A program made the translations under genes and the position numbers. Shown in pieces: positions 58,332 through 64,000 of a DNA stretch of 64,000 nt. Source of the stretch: Mustelus asterias (taxonomy: Eukaryota); NCBI RefSeq assembly GCF_964213995.1, contig NW_027590122.1, forward strand, positions 930,001 to 994,000. The letters run 5' to 3'. The notes under the pieces were generated by a model. That model made no database searches. It was not told the DNA's origin and saw only the letters and a program-made list of their open reading frames with translations. Position 1 is the stretch's first letter. Every line of letters begins with the position of its first letter.

Positions 58332-58721
58332 CACACATGAGGACAGCCTCAACGGGGATCTTGGGTTCATGTCACACTATCTGTAACCCCCACAACTTGC
58401 CTGGGCTTGCAAAATCTCTAACTGTCCTGGCTGGAGACAATACACATCTCTTTAACCTGTGCTTAACCCTCTCTCCACTCACATTGCCTGTACCTTTAAG
58501 ACTTGATGACCTGTAAAGACTCGCATTCCAACCATTATCTTGTAAATTGAGTTTGTGTCTTTTTATGCCATGTTTGTGAACAGAACTCCCACTCACCTGA
58601 TGAAGGAGCAGCGCTCCGAAAGGCTTGTGGCTTATGCTACCAAATAAACCTGTTGGATTTTAACCTGGTGTTGTGAGACTACTTACTGTGCTTACCCCAG
58701 TTCAACGCCGGCATCTCCACA
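58332..58721 (+). mobile_element. Penelope-like 3' end with a hammerhead at 58594-58629
   Basis: Homologous to 20128-20531. CAC-CTGATGA-A-GGAGC-AGC-GCTCC-GAAA-GGCTT-GTG has one extra G in helix III. Confidence 0.75.
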
Positions 58722-59140
58722 CTCTGAGTGGAAACAGAGAGAAGTAGGAGAGGCCGGATGTGAGGAGAGAGATTTTATACATCTACAACTCAACAGGAAC
58801 TTTGACAGAATTTCCAAATCCCGTGAACAGCATCAGCTCCAAGTTCCTCTCCAACCCATACACCATCCTGACTTGTCTGACATCCAGTACTGAAAGAACA
58901 GAAATTTATTTCATATAAATACTGGGAAGACTGAACCCATTGTGTTCAGTCCCCACTACAAACTCCACTCCCTCACCAACATCTTTATCTCTCCTCCTGG
59001 CAACTGCCTGAGGCTGTTCACAACCAGGGTGAAATAGTTCATCCCAAGATGAGCTTCCAGCCACATGTCCACATCATCATCAAGACCACCTTCATTCATA
59101 GAAGCATTGATAGTAATTAAGTAATAATAATGAATAATAA

Positions 59141-59442
59141 AATACAGTGGAGAAGGAGCCTCCAGCGGGAGCCTCCAGCGAGCCTGCACCGACAACAATC
59201 CGATCCAGGCCCTATCCACATATTTACCTGTTAATCCCCCTGATACCAAGTGGCAATTTATCGTGGCCAATCCGTCTAACCGGCACATCTTTAGACTGTG
59301 GAAGGAAACCGGAACACCCGGAGAAAACCCACACAGACACGGGGGGGAATGTAGAAACTCTGCACAGACAGCGACCCGAGGCTGGAATTGAACCCGGGTC
59401 CCTGGCGCTGTTAGGCAGCTGCACTAACCACTGTGCCACCGG
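59141..59442 (-). mobile_element. HE1-type V-SINE, diverged
   Basis: Head, V-domain and tail are recognisable. Confidence 0.75.
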
Positions 59443-59496
59443 GCCACATGTCAGTGCCATCGCCCGACTCCAGCCCAGTCTCAGCTCATCTGGAAC

Positions 59497-59631
59497 CCTC
59501 ACCCATTCCATTGTGACGTCACACTCTCACCCATTCCATTGTGACGTCACACCCTCACCCATTCCATTGTGACGTCACACTCACCCATTCCATTGTGACG
59601 TCACACTCTCACCCATTCCATTGTGACGTCA
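59497..59631. repeat. 26-28-bp tandem repeat with five perfect CRE sites
   Basis: TGACGTCA at 59514, 59542, 59570, 59596 and 59624. Confidence 0.9.
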
Positions 59632-59989
59632 GGGCTTCACTCTCCGATCACAATCCCTGCCGGCCTCCCACATGCAGCCTCAATGGCGGCAGTCAGCCCG
59701 GGTCTAACACTCCAAGCTGCAGCTCCATTTGGTACAAAGGGGGGGACCGGGAAGTTCATTTCCGAGGTTTGGGTTTGAACAACAAAGAACAAAGAACAGT
59801 ACAGCACAGGAAACAGGCCCTTCGGCCCTCCAAGCCTGTGCCGCTCCTTGGTCCAACTCGACCAATCGTTTGTATCCCTCCATTCCCAGGCTGCTCATGT
59901 GACTATCCATGTTTACAAAGTCTCTCCACCCATCCGCCACATTTATCATTCCCCGCACTCTACCTCGTATTGATCTCGCTTCCAAGTTG

Positions 59990-60230
59990 AAACCGTCCGT
60001 CCGCCGCCATTACTCGCACTGCGCATGCTTCAGGTCCCGCCCCTCATTCACTCCGATTGGTTGGAGGACCAGCCGCTCCCGCTCGGTCCTCCAGCCCCGC
60101 CCCCTCTTCCTATTGGTCCGGAGCTAGCGTCAATCAGCTCCCGGGCATTGTGATGTGGAGCATGCGCAGTGTCATTGCTGTCCTTGGCGCTTGTTTGTCC
60201 CGGAGAAGCGGAGTCAGCGTTAGGCGGTGG
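59990..60230. promoter_or_regulatory. CpG-rich promoter-like region
   Basis: TGCGCATGC and GCATGCGCA (NRF1-like), two CCCGCCCC GC boxes, two ATTGG boxes and the family TGGAGGACC/GGTCCTCCA inverted repeat. Confidence 0.65.
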
Positions 60231-60589
60231 CTGGGAGGATTTGGAAACACTTTGTGGATCCGCAAACCCTTCAGAATCATTGTCAGCTCCCTGGTTTGCA
60301 GCTGCGGGGCTTCTCCCTCCCTCCCTCCCGGGAACAGGCCCAGGTTAACGGCCCCATCCTGGCTCTGCCACTGGAGGATGGTTCACATCAGAGGATGGGG
60401 GAGGGGGACAATAAATAAGAGGTTACACTTTGGCCTCAAATCAATGAGGATTCTGATCTCTGGGAAGGAAGGAAACCCTGGGAGGTGGGCGGGGAGGATT
60501 CACAAACACCCGCTGGAGGCTCCAACACCACCAATCAGGTCCATTGGTTTTATTGTCAGTCTGCAGACAGGAGCTGGAGAACTGAACCC

Positions 60590-60861
60590 AGTAAGAGTTT
60601 TAACAACACCAGGTTAAAGTCCAACAGGTTTATTTGGTAGCAAATACCATTAGCTTTCGGAGCGCTGCTCCTTCATCAGATGGAGTGGAAATGTGCTCTC
60701 AAACAGGGCACAGAGACACAAAATCAAGTTACAGAATACTGATTAGAATGCGAATCCCTACAGCCAACCAGGTCTTAAAGATACAGACAATGTGGGTGGA
60801 AGGAGCATTAAGCACAGGTTAAAGAGATGTGGCTGTCCTGTCTGGAGACAATACACATCTC
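60590..60861 (-). mobile_element. Penelope-like terminus
   Basis: Reverse complement is homologous to 20270-20531. Confidence 0.75.
60647..60683 (-). ncRNA. Minimal type I hammerhead ribozyme, intact
   Basis: Minus strand reads CCAT-CTGATGA-A-GGAGC-AGC-GCTCC-GAAA-GCTA-ATGG. Confidence 0.8.
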
Positions 60862-61175
60862 TACCCACAGACACATCATGTCTGTGCTAGCTTATTTTCA
60901 AACAGTTGTACAATTAGTCCTAATATCATTCCCCTTCATAAAAACATGCATTATTTCTCCTTTCAAATGATTGCTCAATTCTCTTTATGAAAAATCTGAG
61001 TTAACAAAAAACAACATCGGAAGAGTTGCAGAAGCCTCTGCAGTATTCATGGTCATTTTTTAAATTAACAAAGTTTCTTTGACTCAATAACATGAAGAGT
61101 CAGGTGGGAATTCTCATACAGTTTTGGAAATAAAACTATTTGCAGTCATGCAGTCGATTTTGTACCTTTTCAAGG

Positions 61176-61483
61176 AACATAAAATCCTACAGTGCAGAAG
61201 AAGGCCATTCAGCCCATCGAGTCTGGACCGACCACAATCCCACCCACGCCCTATCCCCATATCCCCATGCATTAATCCTAGCTAGTCCCCTTGACAATTT
61301 TTAGCATGGCCAATCCACTTAACCCGCATATCTTTGGACTGTGGGAGGAAACCAGAGCACCCAGAGGACACCCACGAAGACACAGGGAGAACATGCAAAC
61401 TCCACACAGATCGTGACCCAAGCTGGGAATAGAACCCGGGTCCCAGGCACTGTGAGACAGCAGTGCTAACCACTGTGCTGCCC
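61176..61483 (-). mobile_element. HE1-type V-SINE
   Basis: Full length. Confidence 0.85.
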
Positions 61484-61812
61484 CTCAATGTTGGTCTTGG
61501 AAACAGGGCAGAATGTCAGTTCTGGAATGTAAGTGGTCAGTTATCCTATTGACAGCAGCACAGCCACACCAGAAAGAGACCATTCAGATATGTTATGTGT
61601 GCAAATGGATTTATTCAATTTCCCGTTCTGTTAACATATTTAAAAGTTCAAAGGATTTGATCAATCATGAGTTCATTCTGATTGTCAAGTCCATGTATGT
61701 GTGTGTGTGTGGAGAGGGGGTGGATGGTAAATCATCAGCTTGTTACACCAGCTGACACTCCAAGGAGTTCATCTTCAGGTGTAGATGTTTGTTCTGCTAT
61801 CAATTAAACTCA

Positions 61813-61945
61813 GATGTGGAGATGCCGGCGTTGGACTGGGATAAGCACCGTAAGAAGTCTCACAACACCAGGTTAAAGTCCAACAGGTTTATTTGCTACC
61901 AAATAAACCTGTTGGACTTTAACCTGGTGTTGTGAGACTTCTTAC
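61813..61945. repeat. Penelope-derived perfect hairpin (46-bp arms, 4-nt loop)
   Basis: 61850-61895 is the exact reverse complement of 61900-61945, with loop CTAC. Confidence 0.85.
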
Positions 61946-61996
61946 ATTAATTAAATTCAGGACGGAGCTGGCTGCTATATTAGTTATTTTCATTTT

Positions 61997-62326
61997 CATC
62001 ATAGAAATCATAGAAACCCCACAGTGCAGAAGGAGGCCATTCGGCCCATCGAGTCTGCACTGACCACAATCCCACCCAGGCCCTACCCCCACATATTTAC
62101 CCACTAATCCCTCCAACCTACGCATCCCAGGATTCTAAGGGGCAATTTTTAACCTGGCCAATCAAGCTAACCTGCACATCTTTGGACTGTGGGAGGAAAC
62201 CGGAGCGCCCGGAGGAAACTCACGCAGACACGAGGAGAATGTGCAAACTCCACACAGACAGTGACCCGAGCCGGGAATCGAACCCGGGACCCTGGAGCTG
62301 TGAAGCAGCAGTGCTAACTACTGCAC
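61997..62326 (-). mobile_element. HE1-type V-SINE
   Basis: Full length. Confidence 0.85.
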
Positions 62327-62464
62327 CATTTTATACCTTGGTGCTTTGGCTTCACTCGTAATTGAATCACAAAACATGATTTTTTTTAATGCAATAACAT
62401 ACATCAATGGTGGCTATCTTACCCAGCATTCACAGTGAATCAGAATATGATCCAGCCGCTCAAT

Positions 62465-63065
62465 AGACTTTGCGCATGCGCAGTGGATGTTGCTGCCGCA
62501 GTAGCAGCAGGGTGGTTATATCAGCTCCGGGTTTCCAGGGAAACGGATTATTCTGGAGGGTAATGGAGGCGGCGGGGTGGGTGGAGAGGCTTCATAAGCA
62601 CCCAGTGGAGACAGGAAAACCCGAATAATAACTGCTCGGTGTCGCGTTCGTACCATTCGGGGCCGCGACCGCAGATGCCTGATTTGGAGGCCCCGAGTTG
62701 ACGGAGGCCATCTTTGTCGGGGCGATGGGCAATAGTGCGCATGCGCGGTGCTCCCTGTCAGCAGGAGGAGAGAATGTTGTGAATTTCTATCCTGGACTGA
62801 CAGTGATGGACTTTGGAAACTCCTTTTACAGGGAGTTAGAAGGGGAGGATTTACACACAGAAAACTCAACCCAAGAGAAATGTTTCTCACTTAATTTCTA
62901 TTCTTGACTGACAATGATGATCTTTTTTTAACAGGAAATTTGACGACAAAATTTGAAGGGAAACTTAAACCAGACATCAGACCAAAACCTGCCAGAGTCA
63001 CTCCATTCATCAGAACCTGATTGTAAGTGTGTCTGTAGAAAAAGATTCAAACATCTGTGTGGCTG
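62465..63065 (+). promoter_or_regulatory. CpG-rich promoter-like region followed by a ZNF-family acceptor and 5'UTR remnant
   Basis: Perfect NRF1 palindrome TGCGCATGCGCA at 62471-62482, a second GCGCATGCGC near 62738, and the family acceptor TTTTTACAG near 62831. Confidence 0.55.
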
Positions 63066-63689
63066 GAAATAGGAAACAATAATGTCATGGAAGGATTTGC
63101 AAAAAAAGATGCAATGTTTTAAATTGAGTTGTTTAACCGGGAGCCTGTGTGGGTCAGTGTTTTAAAGTTTATTTATTAGTATCACAAGTAGGCTTAGCCT
63201 ACATTAACACTGCAAGTTGCTGTAAAATTCCCCTAGTTGTCACACTCCAGCACTTGTTCGGGTCAACGCACCTAACCAGCAAGCCTTTCTGACTGTGGGA
63301 GGAAACCCATGCAGACATGGGGAGAACGTGCAGACTCCACACACACAGTCACCCAAGCCATGAATTGAACCCACTGTGAGGCAGCAGTGCTAACCACTGC
63401 AGCCCCATGGTGATGGGTGAGTGTGTGGGACTTGATGCAGAGGACAGGGGTTTATATGCACCAAAGTTTTTCATGGGTTAAATGAGGGACGCTGACAGTC
63501 AAGTCTAAAGAAAATAAAGGAATGAATGAAAGTTCTAGAAACATCAGCTGAGACAGGGATTTAGCGAAACTCAAGTTGGTAATGAATAGATGAGGCTGTC
63601 CGGTCAAGTCAGGAGGGAATGCATGAAATTTTCAGAAACAATACTAATATTCTGATGCAGCGAATGGTAATGACCTGAAACTCTATGTT

Positions 63690-64000
63690 CTAAAAAACTC
63701 AATCAAATTTGTGAGACATGATTTTCCACTCACAAAGCCATGCTGTCCCTAATCAATCCTTGCGTCTCTAAATGCCTGTAGATCCTGTCTCTCAAAATAC
63801 CTTCGAGCAACTTAGCCACTGCAGATGTGAGGCTCACCCACCGGCCTGTAGTTCCCAGGCTTTTCCCTGCAGCCCTTCTTAAACAAAGGCACAACATTTG
63901 CCACCCTCCAATCTTCAGGCACCTCACCTGTGACTATCGATGATTCAAATATCTCTGCTAGGGGACCCACAATTTCCACCCTAGCCTCCCACAATGTCCT
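63690..64000 (-). mobile_element. CR1 ORF2 fragment running off the window
   Basis: PEDWRVANVVPLFKKG..PGNYRPV in ORF 63812..63994. Confidence 0.9.

Overview
Vertebrate genomic DNA, most likely from a shark (elasmobranch-type HE1/V-SINEs and CR1/HER-type LINEs; the species cannot be fixed from the sequence alone). The window is part of a tandem C2H2 zinc-finger (ZNF) gene cluster in TE-dense sequence. It holds five apparently intact single-exon ZNF ORFs (8-11 fingers, no KRAB or other effector domain visible) and at least four frameshifted or decayed ZNF copies. The cluster seems to be built from a repeated head-to-head unit: a GC-rich CCAAT/GC-box/NRF1/CRE promoter flanked by inverted copies of the same non-coding first-exon module (4 copies). 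TEs include a young CR1 with open ORF1 and ORF2, many CR1 fragments, two tRNA-derived SINE families, Penelope-like termini carrying minimal hammerhead ribozymes, Tx1-clade 3' ends and LTR remnants. The most notable observations are: (1) the duplicated bidirectional ZNF cassette, with paralogues whose DNA-contact residues have diverged while their flanks have not; (2) a double -1 slippery site at the CR1 ORF1/ORF2 junction, where ORF2 has no AUG; (3) Tx1 tails inserted twice at the same position of the ZNF first-exon module; (4) a hammerhead ribozyme in sense orientation in a ZNF 5'UTR; (5) a tRNA-Lys/SINE chimera inserted as one block into an old LINE. All alignments were made by eye, and TE boundaries are approximate unless exact junctions are quoted.
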